From Escherichia coli (GTDB lineage Bacteria > Pseudomonadota > Gammaproteobacteria > Enterobacterales > Enterobacteriaceae), in assembly GCF_050920415.1 (NCBI RefSeq), contig NZ_CP169309.1: a stretch of 64,000 bases of DNA; one strand, given 5' to 3'. Below the pieces are notes generated by a model. That model was not told where the DNA came from, made no database searches, and saw nothing but the letters and a program-made list of their open reading frames with translations. Of this stretch, positions 19,463 through 28,989 are shown in pieces. The number at the start of each line of letters is the position of its first letter. Position 1 is the stretch's first letter. Position numbers and translations under genes: made by a program.

Positions 19463-20027
19463 CATCCGGCGCGGTGCTCGTATCTGTTGCCGTCACCGCG
19501 TCAATGTAATCAAGCACGGCGTTAAGCCGGGTGGTTTCTGCCTGCGTCAGCTTCCGCCCGGCCTGTAATTTCAGCTGAATCAGACTGATGGAAGCCATTG
19601 CAGCATCAATCAGTGACTGGCGCTGTGCTTCTGCCGCTTCTACTGCGGCACCGTGTTGTGCCTCAGTATCTGTCACCCATTTCTCACCATCCCATTTATC
19701 GTATGGCGTTAACGGTGAAAGCGTGACATAACCGTCTTTGATGGCACCGATATAATCCACTGTAACAGCAGCACCATTTTCGATTGAGTAAACAGTCTCA
19801 TTGCGATGGTCTTCTTCATGGCTCCATCCCTTACCTGTAAATACTGCCACTCTTCCCGGAATGTTTTCGCCAGGGTCAATACCAGTTGAACAGGCGGGCA
19901 TACTTACGCCAGTATTAATATATTCATCAGACCAGCCCGTATACTCAGATGTTTCAGCATCATAATAAAAACAACGCATATCACCCGGCACTGTAGCCAG
20001 CCCATTTTCATCAAAAACAGGTTTCAT
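19434..20027 (-). CDS. alternative tail fibre assembly chaperone (for inverted orientation)
   Basis: 197 aa minus-strand ORF inside invertible segment; C-terminus resembles the + strand chaperone (DYIDAV/LDYLDAL, IWPELP/IEWPTP). Confidence 0.75.
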   Translation of the reverse strand: MKPVFDENGLATVPGDMRCFYYDAETSEYTGWSDEYINTGVSMPACSTGIDPGENIPGRVAVFTGKGWSHEEDHRNETVYSIENGAAVTVDYIGAIKDGYVTLSPLTPYDKWDGEKWVTDTEAQHGAAVEAAEAQRQSLIDAAMASISLIQLKLQAGRKLTQAETTRLNAVLDYIDAVTATDTSTAPDVIWPELPEA

Positions 20028-20492
20028 TATGCAGCCCTCACAATATAATTAAAGGCGATGTTACGTGGACGGTTTTCATTAGCTGTTGGCACGACACGAG
20101 AGGCGTCGAATCCAAGGTCATCGGTTTTGTCTATAGTAGTTGTGTTATTCGGCATTCTCGCTGATCGTGTTCCTGCATCGTAAAAAGCCCCTCTGATTGC
20201 ATCAAAAGACATACCGATCCCGCCATCTGCGAATCCCTCAATATTTCTTATTGCATCCCCCTGTGAAGATAATAATTGTCGCCCGGCATCCACTCCACGT
20301 CCGTCATCCCAGCCACGAATAAATTCACCGCGTAAATCAGGCAATTTATTTTTCGGATAAACCTTTGCCAGTTCCGGGTATTCTTCAGCAGAAAAAGCCG
20401 CACCGTTGCATTTCAGCCAGCCAGTAGGCGGTGTGGCTGAAGGCCACGGAACAGGCACACCAACGGGTAATGCTGAACCTTCTCCCAAACCA
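20027..20492 (-). CDS. alternative tail fibre C-terminal cassette (promoterless; expressed only after inversion)
   Basis: Minus-strand frame open through right crossover site; contains Mu S'/P1-type fibre tip motif LPDLRGEFIRGWDDGRGVDAGR. Confidence 0.7.
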
Positions 20493-20505
20493 ACGTTTAT
20501 GAAAA
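20480..20505. repeat. Hin/Gin-type recombination crossover site (right)
   Basis: ttctcccaaacc-aa-cgtttatgaaaa; inverted relative to site at 18665-18690; 55 bp upstream of invertase gene. Confidence 0.55.
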
Positions 20506-20560
20506 TGCAGAGATAACGGCTAACTGGCATCATCTCCGGTTTTTATTCAGGGGGATGATC

Positions 20561-21127
20561 ATGCTTATTGGCTATGTACGCGTGTCAACAAATGACCAGA
20601 ACACCGATTTGCAACGTAATGCACTGAACTGCGCGGGATGTGAGCGGATTTTTGAGGATAAAATCAGTGGCACTAAGTCCGACAGACCGGGGCTGAAAAA
20701 GCTGCTCAGGACACTATCGGCAGGAGACACGCTGGTTGTCTGGAAGCTGGACAGGTTGGGGCGCAGTATGCGGCATCTTGTTACGCTGATAGAGGAGTTG
20801 CGCCAGCGTGGTGTGAATTTCCGAAGCCTGACTGACAGTATTGATACCAGTACCCCAATGGGCCGTTTCTTTTTTCATGTCATGGGTGCCCTGGCTGAAA
20901 TGGAACGCGAACTGATAGTTGAACGTACCAGGGCAGGGCTGGCTGCAGCTCGTGCCAAAGGCAGAGTAGGTGGACGCCGTCCTAAGTTGACCACCGAACA
21001 GTGGGCACAGATTGGGCGTTTACTCGAGGCCGGAGAATCAAGACAGCGTATTGCACTGATTTTTGATGTGGGTGTTTCCACAATTTATAGAAAATTTCCG
21101 GCAAATAAGAGTAATGAATCCCCCTGA
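20561..21127 (+). CDS. site-specific DNA invertase, serine recombinase (Hin/Gin/Cin/Pin family)
   Basis: N-terminus MLIGYVRVSTNDQNTDLQRNAL with catalytic Ser; resolvase fold plus C-terminal HTH (GVSTIYRKF). Confidence 0.85.
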   Translation: MLIGYVRVSTNDQNTDLQRNALNCAGCERIFEDKISGTKSDRPGLKKLLRTLSAGDTLVVWKLDRLGRSMRHLVTLIEELRQRGVNFRSLTDSIDTSTPMGRFFFHVMGALAEMERELIVERTRAGLAAARAKGRVGGRRPKLTTEQWAQIGRLLEAGESRQRIALIFDVGVSTIYRKFPANKSNESP

Positions 21128-21175
21128 ATCAGCATTATTTTGATTATCCCTGCAAGTAGACAAATACCGTCATTT

Positions 21176-21193
21176 TGTGTGAATAACGGTACA
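21176..21193 (+). promoter_or_regulatory. Ogr/Delta-type late promoter box (TGT-N12-ACA) upstream of sheath gene
   Basis: tgt-gtgaataacggt-aca ~75 bp upstream of FI start. Confidence 0.4.
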
Positions 21194-21269
21194 ACTGCGC
21201 TTAGCTGTTTGTCAGGCACAATCACTTCAACATAGGGCGAAGCCTAATCCAATCAGGAGGTTCGCCACT

Positions 21270-22442
21270 ATGGCTCAGGATTACCACCACGGGGTGCGCG
21301 TTGTTGAAGTCAACGAAGGCACCCGATCCATTACCACGGTGAGCACCGCCATCGTGGGCATGGTCTGCACGGGCGATGATGCCGATGCAAAAATGTTTCC
21401 TCTTAACAAACCTGTGCTGATCACTGATGTGCTGACTGCCAGCGGTAAAGCGGGTGAGTCCGGCACGCTGGCCCGTTCGCTGGATGCCATCGCTGACCAG
21501 GCAAAACCCGTGACCGTTGTTGTGCGTGTGCCGCAGGGTGAAACGGAAGAAGAAACCACGACCAATATCATCGGCGCAGTGACTGCTGAAGGTAAAAAAA
21601 CAGGCATGAAAGCTCTGTTATCTGCCCAGTCACAGCTCGGCGTTAAACCGCGCATTCTCGGCGTGCCAGGTCACGATAACAAAGCCGTTGCGACTGAGTT
21701 GCTGAGCGTGGCGCAAAGCCTGCGTGGGTTTGCTTACCTGTCAGCGTATGGCTGCAAGACGGTACAGGAGGCGATCACTTACCGTGAAAACTTCAGCCAG
21801 CGCGAAGGAATGCTGATCTGGCCCGACTTTACTGGCTGGGACACGGTGCTGAATGCCGAAGCAACGGCATATGCCACCGCCCGTGCACTTGGTCTGCGTG
21901 CCAAAATTGATGAGCAGACCGGGTGGCACAAAAGCCTGTCCAACGTGGGCGTGAACGGTGTCACCGGAATTTCTGCAGATGTGTTCTGGGATCTGCAGGA
22001 CCCGGCAACCGATGCAGGTCTGCTGAACCAGAACGACGTCACCACGCTTGTGCGTAAAGACGGTTTCCGCTTCTGGGGTTCCCGCTGTCTGAGCGATGAT
22101 CCGCTTTTTGCCTTCGAAAACTACACCCGCACGGCGCAGGTGCTGACGGACACAATGGCAGAAGCACACATGTGGGCGGTGGATAAACCGCTTAACCCGT
22201 CGCTGGCCCGCGACATTATCGAAGGTATCCGCGCCAAAATACGCAGCCTGGTCAGTCAGGGCTATCTCATTGGTGGTGATTGCTGGCTGGATGAGTCGGT
22301 GAACGACAAAGACACGCTGAAAGCCGGAAAACTCACCATCGACTATGACTACACGCCAGTGCCGCCACTTGAAAATCTGATGCTGCGCCAGCGCATCACC
22401 GATCAGTACCTGGTGAATTTCGCCAGCCAGGTCAGCGCGTAA
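21270..22442 (+). CDS. contractile tail sheath protein (P2 gpFI-like)
   Basis: 390 aa, P2 FI-like. Confidence 0.9.
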   Translation: MAQDYHHGVRVVEVNEGTRSITTVSTAIVGMVCTGDDADAKMFPLNKPVLITDVLTASGKAGESGTLARSLDAIADQAKPVTVVVRVPQGETEEETTTNIIGAVTAEGKKTGMKALLSAQSQLGVKPRILGVPGHDNKAVATELLSVAQSLRGFAYLSAYGCKTVQEAITYRENFSQREGMLIWPDFTGWDTVLNAEATAYATARALGLRAKIDEQTGWHKSLSNVGVNGVTGISADVFWDLQDPATDAGLLNQNDVTTLVRKDGFRFWGSRCLSDDPLFAFENYTRTAQVLTDTMAEAHMWAVDKPLNPSLARDIIEGIRAKIRSLVSQGYLIGGDCWLDESVNDKDTLKAGKLTIDYDYTPVPPLENLMLRQRITDQYLVNFASQVSA

Positions 22443-22451
22443 GGGGACAAC

Positions 22452-22967
22452 ATGGCTTTACCACGCAAATTAAAACATCTGAACCTGTTTAACGACGGGA
22501 ACAACTGGCAGGGGATCGTTGAGTCGCTGACGCTGCCGAAATTCACCCGCAAATATGAGAAGTATCGCGGCGGCGGAATGCCGGGTGCAGTGGATGTGGA
22601 TCTGGGGCTTGATGACAGTGCGCTGGACACAGAATTTTCCATTGGTGGTACTGAACTGCTGCTGTTTAAGCAGATGGGCAAAGCCACGGTAGATGGCATT
22701 CAGCTGCGCTTTACCGGCTCTATCCAGCGTGACGATACCGGGGAAGTGCAGGCCGTGGAGCTTGTGGTGCGTGGACGTCACAAAGAAGTGGATTCCGGCG
22801 AGTGGAAGACGGGCGAAAGCAACACCACCAAAGTGACCAGTACCAACAGCTACGCGAAGCTGACCATCAATGGTGAGGTGCTCTATGAAGTGGACCTTAT
22901 CAACATGGTGGAAATTGTGGACGGTGTGGACCTGATGGAAGCGCACCGCAACGCCCTCGGCCTCTGA
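22452..22967 (+). CDS. tail tube protein (P2 gpFII-like)
   Basis: 171 aa, P2 FII-like. Confidence 0.9.
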   Translation: MALPRKLKHLNLFNDGNNWQGIVESLTLPKFTRKYEKYRGGGMPGAVDVDLGLDDSALDTEFSIGGTELLLFKQMGKATVDGIQLRFTGSIQRDDTGEVQAVELVVRGRHKEVDSGEWKTGESNTTKVTSTNSYAKLTINGEVLYEVDLINMVEIVDGVDLMEAHRNALGL

Positions 22968-23021
22968 TGTATCTGAACGGCGCGGGATACCGCGCCAGAA
23001 CCCAATTTACAGGACAGCAAA

Positions 23022-23324
23022 ATGAGCGATAAGCAGACTGAAAAGACTATTCAACTGGATACCCCCATCAAGCGCGGTAAAACAGAAATCACCGAAATTG
23101 TGCTGCGTAAACCGCAGTCCGGTGCGCTGCGCGGTACACGCCTGCAGGCCATTATGGATATGGATGTGAACGCGATGATGACCGTGATCCCCCGTATCTC
23201 CAGTCCGGCACTGACTGCACAGGAAATTGCAGAGATGGACCCGGCAGATCTCACTGCCATGTCGGTTGAGGTTGTCACTTTTTTGTTGAAGAAGTCGGTG
23301 CTTGCCGGTTTACCGACAGCCTGA
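23022..23324 (+). CDS. tail assembly chaperone E (P2 gpE-like); E+E' extension by -1 frameshift would end at 23457
   Basis: 100 aa; slippery T-TTT-TTG near 3' end; -1 frame stays open to TGA at 23455-23457. Confidence 0.8.
   Translation: MSDKQTEKTIQLDTPIKRGKTEITEIVLRKPQSGALRGTRLQAIMDMDVNAMMTVIPRISSPALTAQEIAEMDPADLTAMSVEVVTFLLKKSVLAGLPTA
23279..23285 (+). promoter_or_regulatory. programmed -1 ribosomal frameshift slippery heptamer (E/E')
   Basis: T TTT TTG in zero frame of E; downstream -1 frame encodes ~57 further aa overlapping tape-measure start. Confidence 0.5.
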
Positions 23325-23450
23325 CGGTTGACGATCTGGTGGCTGATATCGCCACCATCTTTCACTGGCCGCCATCCGTTACTGACGTTATGCCGCTGAC
23401 CGAAGTGCTGGAATGGCGGTATAAAGCGATTCAGAGAAGCGGGGCCAACG

Positions 23451-26400
23451 ATGAGTGATAACAACCTGCGGCTGCAGGTCATTCTTAATGCGGTTGACAA
23501 ACTCACCCGCCCATTCCGTGTTGCACAGGCCAGTTCGAAAGAGCTGGCTGGCGCAATTCAGAATACCCGAAACAGCCTCAAAGAACTGAATAAGCAGGCT
23601 GGCAGAATTGATGAATTTCGCAAGACGCGCTCGCAACTAGCCATAACAGCCAACAACCTGAACGCAGCCCGCGAAGAGGCGGCAAAACTCGCCACACAAT
23701 TTGCTGCCACTAACAGGCCAACCGCCGCGCAGGCAAAGTTATTCAGTCAGGCCAAAACACGAGTACAGGAACTTCAGCAGACCTATAACGGCTTGTTGGG
23801 GGCGGTCCAGAGACAACGTCAGGCACTTAAAGAATCAGGGATTGATACCAGACAACTCAGTAGTGCCCAGCGAGAACTTAAGAAAAATGCTGAAGAAACA
23901 AGGCAGGCACTGGAGGGCCAGCAAAAAGCACTTAAACGTCTGGGTGAACAACAGTCACGGATGAACGCTGCCAGAGAACAATACTCAAGACGGCTTGAAG
24001 TGCGCGATCGCATCGCAGGAGCCGGAGCCACTACCACGGCTGCAGGGCTGGCAATGGGTGCGCCAGTGATGGCAGCAGTAAAAAGCTATACCAGCATGGA
24101 AGATGCCATGAAAGGTGTGGCAAAGCAGGTCAATGGTCTGCGTGATGATAATGGCAACCGCACTGCGCGTTTTTACGAAATGCAGGATGCCATCAAGGCT
24201 GCCAGCGAACAGTTGCCGATGGAAAACGGTGCTGTGGACTTTGCCGCACTGGTTGAAGGTGGTGCGCGCATGAACGTCGCAAATCCTGACGACAGCTGGG
24301 AAGACCAGAAACGTGACCTGCTGGCCTTCGCCAGCACGGCAGCAAAGGCGGCAACAGCCTTTGAGCTGCCAGCGGATGAACTGTCAGAAAGTCTGGGGAA
24401 AATCGCCCAGCTCTACAAAATCCCTACCCGCAATATTGAACAGCTCGGTGATGCGCTGAACTATCTGGATGATAACGCCATGTCGAAAGGGTCAGACATC
24501 ATTGATGTCATGCAACGCCTGGGCGGTGTGGCAGATCGTCTGGATTATCGTAAAGCGGCGGCGCTGGGTTCCACCTTCCTGACACTGGGCGCTGCGCCGG
24601 AGGTTGCTGCCAGTGCAGCAAACGCGATGGTGCGTGAATTGTCCATTGCCACCATGCAAAGTAAGAGTTTCTTTGAAGGGATGAATCTGCTGAAACTCAA
24701 TCCTGAAGTGATTGAAAAGCAGATGACGAAGGATGCGATGGGAACTATCCAGCGTGTGCTGGAGAAGGTGAACGCACTGCCGCAGGACAAGCGTCTGTCT
24801 GCCATGACCATGTTGTTTGGTAAAGAGTTTGGTGATGATGCAGCGAAACTGGCAAACAACCTTCCGGAACTGCAGCGCCAGCTAAAACTGACAGCGGGCA
24901 ATGATGCGCTCGGTTCCATGCAGAAAGAATCCGACATCAACAAAGACTCACTTTCCGCTCAGTGGTTGCTGGTCAAAACCGGAGCGCAGAACACCTTCAG
25001 CAGCCTGGGCGAAACGCTGCGCCAGCCGCTGATGGATATTCTGTACACGGTGAAAAGCATCACGGGGGCGTTGCGCCGCTGGGTGGAAGCTAACCCGGAA
25101 CTGACAGGCACACTGATGAAAGTAGCGGCTGTTGTGGCTGCGGTTACCGTAGGCCTCGGCACCTTAGCGGTGGCGCTGGCTGCAGTGCTGGGGCCGCTGG
25201 CAGTCATCCGTCTGGGATTCTCTGTGCTGGGTATCAAAACGTTACCTTCCGTTACGGCAGCAGTAACACGAACCAGCAGCGCGTTGTCCTGGTTAGCTGG
25301 CGCTCCACTGGCACTGCTGCGACGCGGGCTTGCTTCATCGGGCAACGCAGCGGGTTTACTTACTGCGCCGTTGTCGTCTTTGCGCCGCACCGCATCACTG
25401 ACGGGGAATGTCCTGAAAACTGTAGCAGGTGTGCCGGTTGCACTGTTGCGGTCTGGATTATCCGGTTTACGTGCGGTTGCTGTGATGTTTATGAATCCAC
25501 TGGCAGCACTACGCGGTGGACTGGCTGCCGCAGGCGCGGTGCTGCGTGTGCTGGCATCCGATCCGCTGGCGATGCTGCGCGTTGCCCTGTATGCCGTATC
25601 TGGTCTGTTAGGTGCTCTGCTCAGTCCGATAGGTCTTGTGGTTACTGCACTGGCGGGCGTGGCGCTGGTTGTCTGGAAATACTGGCAACCCATCACCGCA
25701 TTTCTCGGTGGCGTGGTGGAAGGATTCAAAGCGGCGGCAGGTCCCATCAGTGCTGCATTCGAACCGCTTAAGCCCGTGTTCCAGTGGATTGGCGACAAAG
25801 TACAGGCGTTGTGGGGCTGGTTTACTGATCTGCTGACGCCTGTTAAGTCGACCTCTGCCGAACTGCAGAGCGCAGCGGCAATGGGGCGACGATTCGGGGA
25901 GGCACTGGCGGAAGGGCTGAATATGGTCATGCATCCGTTGGACTCCCTGAAATCCGGCGTTTCCTGGTTGCTGGAGAAACTCGGTATTGTCAGTAAAGAG
26001 GCTGCAAAGGCGAAACTGCCGGAAAGCGTGACGCGTCAGCAACCTGCGACGGTGAATGCAGACGGTAAAGTGATGATGCCATCGGGTGGTTTTCCGTCAT
26101 GGGGATATGGCTTTGCGGGGATGTATGACAGCGGCGGCTATATCCCGCGCGGGCAGTTCGGCATTGTCGGTGAAAACGGGCCTGAAATTGTCAACGGTCC
26201 GGCAAACGTGACCAGTCGGAGAAATACAGCTGCACTGGCTGCCGTTGTTGCCGGAATGATGGGCGTTGCTGCCGCGCCTGCAGAGCTTCCGCCGTTACAT
26301 CCTTTGGCACTTCCCGCGAAAGGCGGCGAAGCGATGGTGAGTCGTGCAGCCACTGTGCCGCCCGCTCAACGGATTGAGGCACCGACGCAGATCATCATCC

Positions 26401-26528
26401 AGACGCAGCCAGGACAAAGTGCGCAGGATATTGCGCGGGAGGTGGCACGCCAGCTTGATGAACGTGAACGCAGGCTGAAGGCAAAAGCCAGGAGTAACTA
26501 CAGCGATCAGGGGGGATACGACGCATGA
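23451..26528 (+). CDS. tail tape measure protein (P2 gpT-like), 1025 aa
   Basis: Long alpha-helical-type protein with central hydrophobic Ala/Leu-rich block; position between E and U. Confidence 0.85.
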   Translation: MSDNNLRLQVILNAVDKLTRPFRVAQASSKELAGAIQNTRNSLKELNKQAGRIDEFRKTRSQLAITANNLNAAREEAAKLATQFAATNRPTAAQAKLFSQAKTRVQELQQTYNGLLGAVQRQRQALKESGIDTRQLSSAQRELKKNAEETRQALEGQQKALKRLGEQQSRMNAAREQYSRRLEVRDRIAGAGATTTAAGLAMGAPVMAAVKSYTSMEDAMKGVAKQVNGLRDDNGNRTARFYEMQDAIKAASEQLPMENGAVDFAALVEGGARMNVANPDDSWEDQKRDLLAFASTAAKAATAFELPADELSESLGKIAQLYKIPTRNIEQLGDALNYLDDNAMSKGSDIIDVMQRLGGVADRLDYRKAAALGSTFLTLGAAPEVAASAANAMVRELSIATMQSKSFFEGMNLLKLNPEVIEKQMTKDAMGTIQRVLEKVNALPQDKRLSAMTMLFGKEFGDDAAKLANNLPELQRQLKLTAGNDALGSMQKESDINKDSLSAQWLLVKTGAQNTFSSLGETLRQPLMDILYTVKSITGALRRWVEANPELTGTLMKVAAVVAAVTVGLGTLAVALAAVLGPLAVIRLGFSVLGIKTLPSVTAAVTRTSSALSWLAGAPLALLRRGLASSGNAAGLLTAPLSSLRRTASLTGNVLKTVAGVPVALLRSGLSGLRAVAVMFMNPLAALRGGLAAAGAVLRVLASDPLAMLRVALYAVSGLLGALLSPIGLVVTALAGVALVVWKYWQPITAFLGGVVEGFKAAAGPISAAFEPLKPVFQWIGDKVQALWGWFTDLLTPVKSTSAELQSAAAMGRRFGEALAEGLNMVMHPLDSLKSGVSWLLEKLGIVSKEAAKAKLPESVTRQQPATVNADGKVMMPSGGFPSWGYGFAGMYDSGGYIPRGQFGIVGENGPEIVNGPANVTSRRNTAALAAVVAGMMGVAAAPAELPPLHPLALPAKGGEAMVSRAATVPPAQRIEAPTQIIIQTQPGQSAQDIAREVARQLDERERRLKAKARSNYSDQGGYDA

Positions 26529-27010
26529 TGATGGTGCTGGGATTGTACGTGTTTATGCTGCGCACTGTGCCGTATCAGGAACTGCAGTATCAACGCAGCT
26601 GGCGACATGCGGCAAACAGCCGGGTCAACCGACGTCCGTCCACGCAGTTTCTGGGACCGGACAACGACATGCTGACGCTTTCTGGTGTTCTTATGCCGGA
26701 GATAACAGGCGGCAGGCTGTCGTTGCTGGTACTGGAGCAGATGGCAGAACAGGGGAAAGCATGGCCCCTGATTGAAGGCAGCGGCACGATTTACGGCATG
26801 TATGTGATTGAGGGACTGAATCAGACTAAAACGGAGTTTTTCCGCGACGGTATGCCGCGCCGGATTGAGTTCACCCTGTCGCTCAAACGGGTGGATGAAT
26901 CCCTGTCCGATATGTTCGGTGATCTCAGTGCGCAACTGAATAATCTGCAGGACACGGCAACGTCTGCCTTAAGCGATATCAGTAAAACGGTGGGAGGGCT
27001 GCTGTCGTGA
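26525..27010 (+). CDS. tail protein U (P2 gpU-like)
   Basis: 161 aa, overlaps T stop. Confidence 0.8.
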   Translation: MMMVLGLYVFMLRTVPYQELQYQRSWRHAANSRVNRRPSTQFLGPDNDMLTLSGVLMPEITGGRLSLLVLEQMAEQGKAWPLIEGSGTIYGMYVIEGLNQTKTEFFRDGMPRRIEFTLSLKRVDESLSDMFGDLSAQLNNLQDTATSALSDISKTVGGLLS

Positions 27011-28107
27011 ATTTCAGCTCTGAACTGCTTAACAAAGGCAACAAAACTCCCGCATTCAGCATCAGTATTGAGGGCAGGGATATCACCACTGTGCTGGATA
27101 ACCGCCTGATGAGTTTGACGCTGACGGACAATCGGGGCTTTGAAGCAGACCAGCTTGATCTGGAGCTGGACGACGCCGACGGAAAAATCGTGCTGCCGCG
27201 CCGTGGTGCGGTTATTACGCTGGCGCTGGGCTGGAAGGGGCAGCCGCTTTTCCCGAAAGGGGCATTCACGGTGGACGAGATTGAACACACTGGCGCACCG
27301 GACCGCCTGACTATCCGGGCGCGAAGTGCTGATTTTCGTGAAACGCTGAATACCCGCCGTGAAAAGTCGTGGCACAAGACCACCGTTGGGGAAGTGGTGA
27401 AGGAAATAGCTGCACGGCACAAACTGAAGATGGCATTGGGTAAAGACCTGTCAGATAAACCCGTGGAACATATAGACCAGACCAATGAGAGTGACGGCAG
27501 TTTTCTGATGCGACTGGCGCGCCAGTACGGTGCTATTGCGTCGGTGAAAAATGGCAATCTGTTATTCATCCGGCAGGGACAGGGCAAAAGCGCCAGCGGT
27601 AAACCACTGCCGGTGATCACTATCACGCGTAAGGACGGCGACAGTCACCGCTTTACCCTGGCAGATCGCGGAGCCTATACGGGCGTCATTGCCAGCTGGT
27701 TGCATACCCGCGAACCCGCGAAGAAAGAAAGCACCACGGTGAAGCGTAAGCGCAGAACTAAGAAGCAGAAGAAAGAGCCGGAAGCGAAGCAGGGCGATTA
27801 TCTGGTGGGGACGGATGAAAACGTGCTGGTACTTAATCGCACTTATGCCAACCGGAGCAACGCCGAACGAGCGGCGAAAATGCAGTGGGAACGCCTGCAA
27901 CGCGGTGTTGCGTCATTCTCGCTACAACTGGCGGAAGGTCGGGCAGATCTCTACACGGAAATGCCTGTGAAGGTCAGTGGCTTTAAACAGCCAATAGATG
28001 ATGCGGAATGGACCATTACGACTCTGACACATACCGTCAGCCCGGATAACGGTTTTACGACCAGTATTGAACTTGAAGTGAAAATTGGTGATCTTGAAAT
28101 GGAATAA
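27007..28107 (+). CDS. tail protein D (P2 late control gene D-like)
   Basis: 366 aa, P2 D-like. Confidence 0.85.
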   Translation: MNFSSELLNKGNKTPAFSISIEGRDITTVLDNRLMSLTLTDNRGFEADQLDLELDDADGKIVLPRRGAVITLALGWKGQPLFPKGAFTVDEIEHTGAPDRLTIRARSADFRETLNTRREKSWHKTTVGEVVKEIAARHKLKMALGKDLSDKPVEHIDQTNESDGSFLMRLARQYGAIASVKNGNLLFIRQGQGKSASGKPLPVITITRKDGDSHRFTLADRGAYTGVIASWLHTREPAKKESTTVKRKRRTKKQKKEPEAKQGDYLVGTDENVLVLNRTYANRSNAERAAKMQWERLQRGVASFSLQLAEGRADLYTEMPVKVSGFKQPIDDAEWTITTLTHTVSPDNGFTTSIELEVKIGDLEME

Positions 28108-28175
28108 ATGGTTCTCAATATTGGTATTTTGTGTATCATTGCAATGATTCTGATAGCAAAGGTAGGGATCTGGAT

Positions 28176-28394
28176 ATGATGAATTGTCCAAAGTGTGGTC
28201 ATGCGGCGCACACAAGGAGCAGTTTTCAAGTAACAGAAAGCACCAAAGAGCGTTACTGCCAGTGCCAAAATATTAACTGCGGGAGCACTTTTGTTACCCA
28301 TGAAACAGTGGTCCGGTTTATTGTGACACCTGCAGTGATTGCCACAGCCCCTCCACATCCATTGCCAGGTGGTCAGGGCCATATGAATTTTTAA
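28176..28394 (+). CDS. ogr: Ogr/Delta zinc-finger late transcription activator
   Basis: MMNCPKCGHAAHTRSS...ERYCQCQNINCGSTF: C-x2-C...C-x4-C pattern of Ogr; 72 aa from ATG 28176. Confidence 0.8.
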   Translation: MMNCPKCGHAAHTRSSFQVTESTKERYCQCQNINCGSTFVTHETVVRFIVTPAVIATAPPHPLPGGQGHMNF

Positions 28395-28420
28395 GAAAGA
28401 GAACCTGCTACGGCAGGTTT

Positions 28421-28903
28421 TTATTCATCTGGGATCTCACCCGTTTCAAGAAAATGTATAAAGCCAGGCTCATCTATGATGATAGTGCCTTTCATCCTGG
28501 CTGCCGATACTTTTGATGGGCCTGCATTGTAACCGCAACAGAGCATCTGAAGGTTTTGGGTTACAGATGTTCTTACCGTTAATCCTTGTTCATTCGCCTT
28601 ATCAACCAACCTTTCTTTATCTGCTTTCTTAAATCCGGTGAAACACACATCGAATGTATTTTTTTTCGGACCTGACTGCTTAGTGAGATGTGAGTAGTTT
28701 TCGGGGAGGAATGACGCGCATTCCTGAATGGCTTGTTCTTGTGAATCGTATTGTTTAAGAATGCGGTCTTTTCGGAAGGTTTTTATTCGATCGGTGTTCT
28801 TACAAATGCCCTGTATGTGATTTTCGCTATAACTGATGCTCTGTATTGAGTGAACACCGATACGACCATTTGCATTGATGTAAACAAAGTGAAGTTCTTC
28901 CAT
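28421..28903 (-). CDS. orphan protein with N-terminal WYL-like region and C-terminal BRCT-like domain (160 aa)
   Basis: R-x-F-R-x-D-R-I signature (IKTFRKDRI) in N-half; C-half FDVCFTGF...CCGYNAGPSKVSAARMKGTIIIDEPGF fits BRCT pattern; AT-rich; between ogr and ssrA. Confidence 0.5.
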   Translation of the reverse strand: MEELHFVYINANGRIGVHSIQSISYSENHIQGICKNTDRIKTFRKDRILKQYDSQEQAIQECASFLPENYSHLTKQSGPKKNTFDVCFTGFKKADKERLVDKANEQGLTVRTSVTQNLQMLCCGYNAGPSKVSAARMKGTIIIDEPGFIHFLETGEIPDE

Positions 28904-28989
28904 GTCAAACCTCTTTGCATGATTTCAAGATGGCGACAGGCAAGATGGACGCAAAAGTCTGTCGCCATTTTGCCGCCACTACCTAAGAA

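Larger units (their letters stand above)
18678..20492. other. invertible tail-fibre segment (~1.8 kb) carrying two alternative fibre C-termini and their chaperones
   Basis: Bounded by inverted crossover sites; both orientations fuse in frame through GLGE codons encoded in the sites; invertase gene immediately adjacent. Confidence 0.6.

Noticed and set aside
24959-25930. 323-aa minus-strand ORF (plus 24545-24943 and 25608-26042) inside the tape-measure gene
   Set aside because: Low-complexity Ala/Ser/Thr/Pro-rich translation antisense to a strongly supported long gene; typical spurious ORF in GC-rich, repeat-rich coding DNA.
28904-28989. Possible small ORF or attR-specific signal between the WYL/BRCT gene start and the ssrA terminator
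   Set aside because: Too short and without start context; probably the promoter region of the 28421-28903 gene; att core cannot be defined without the other prophage end.
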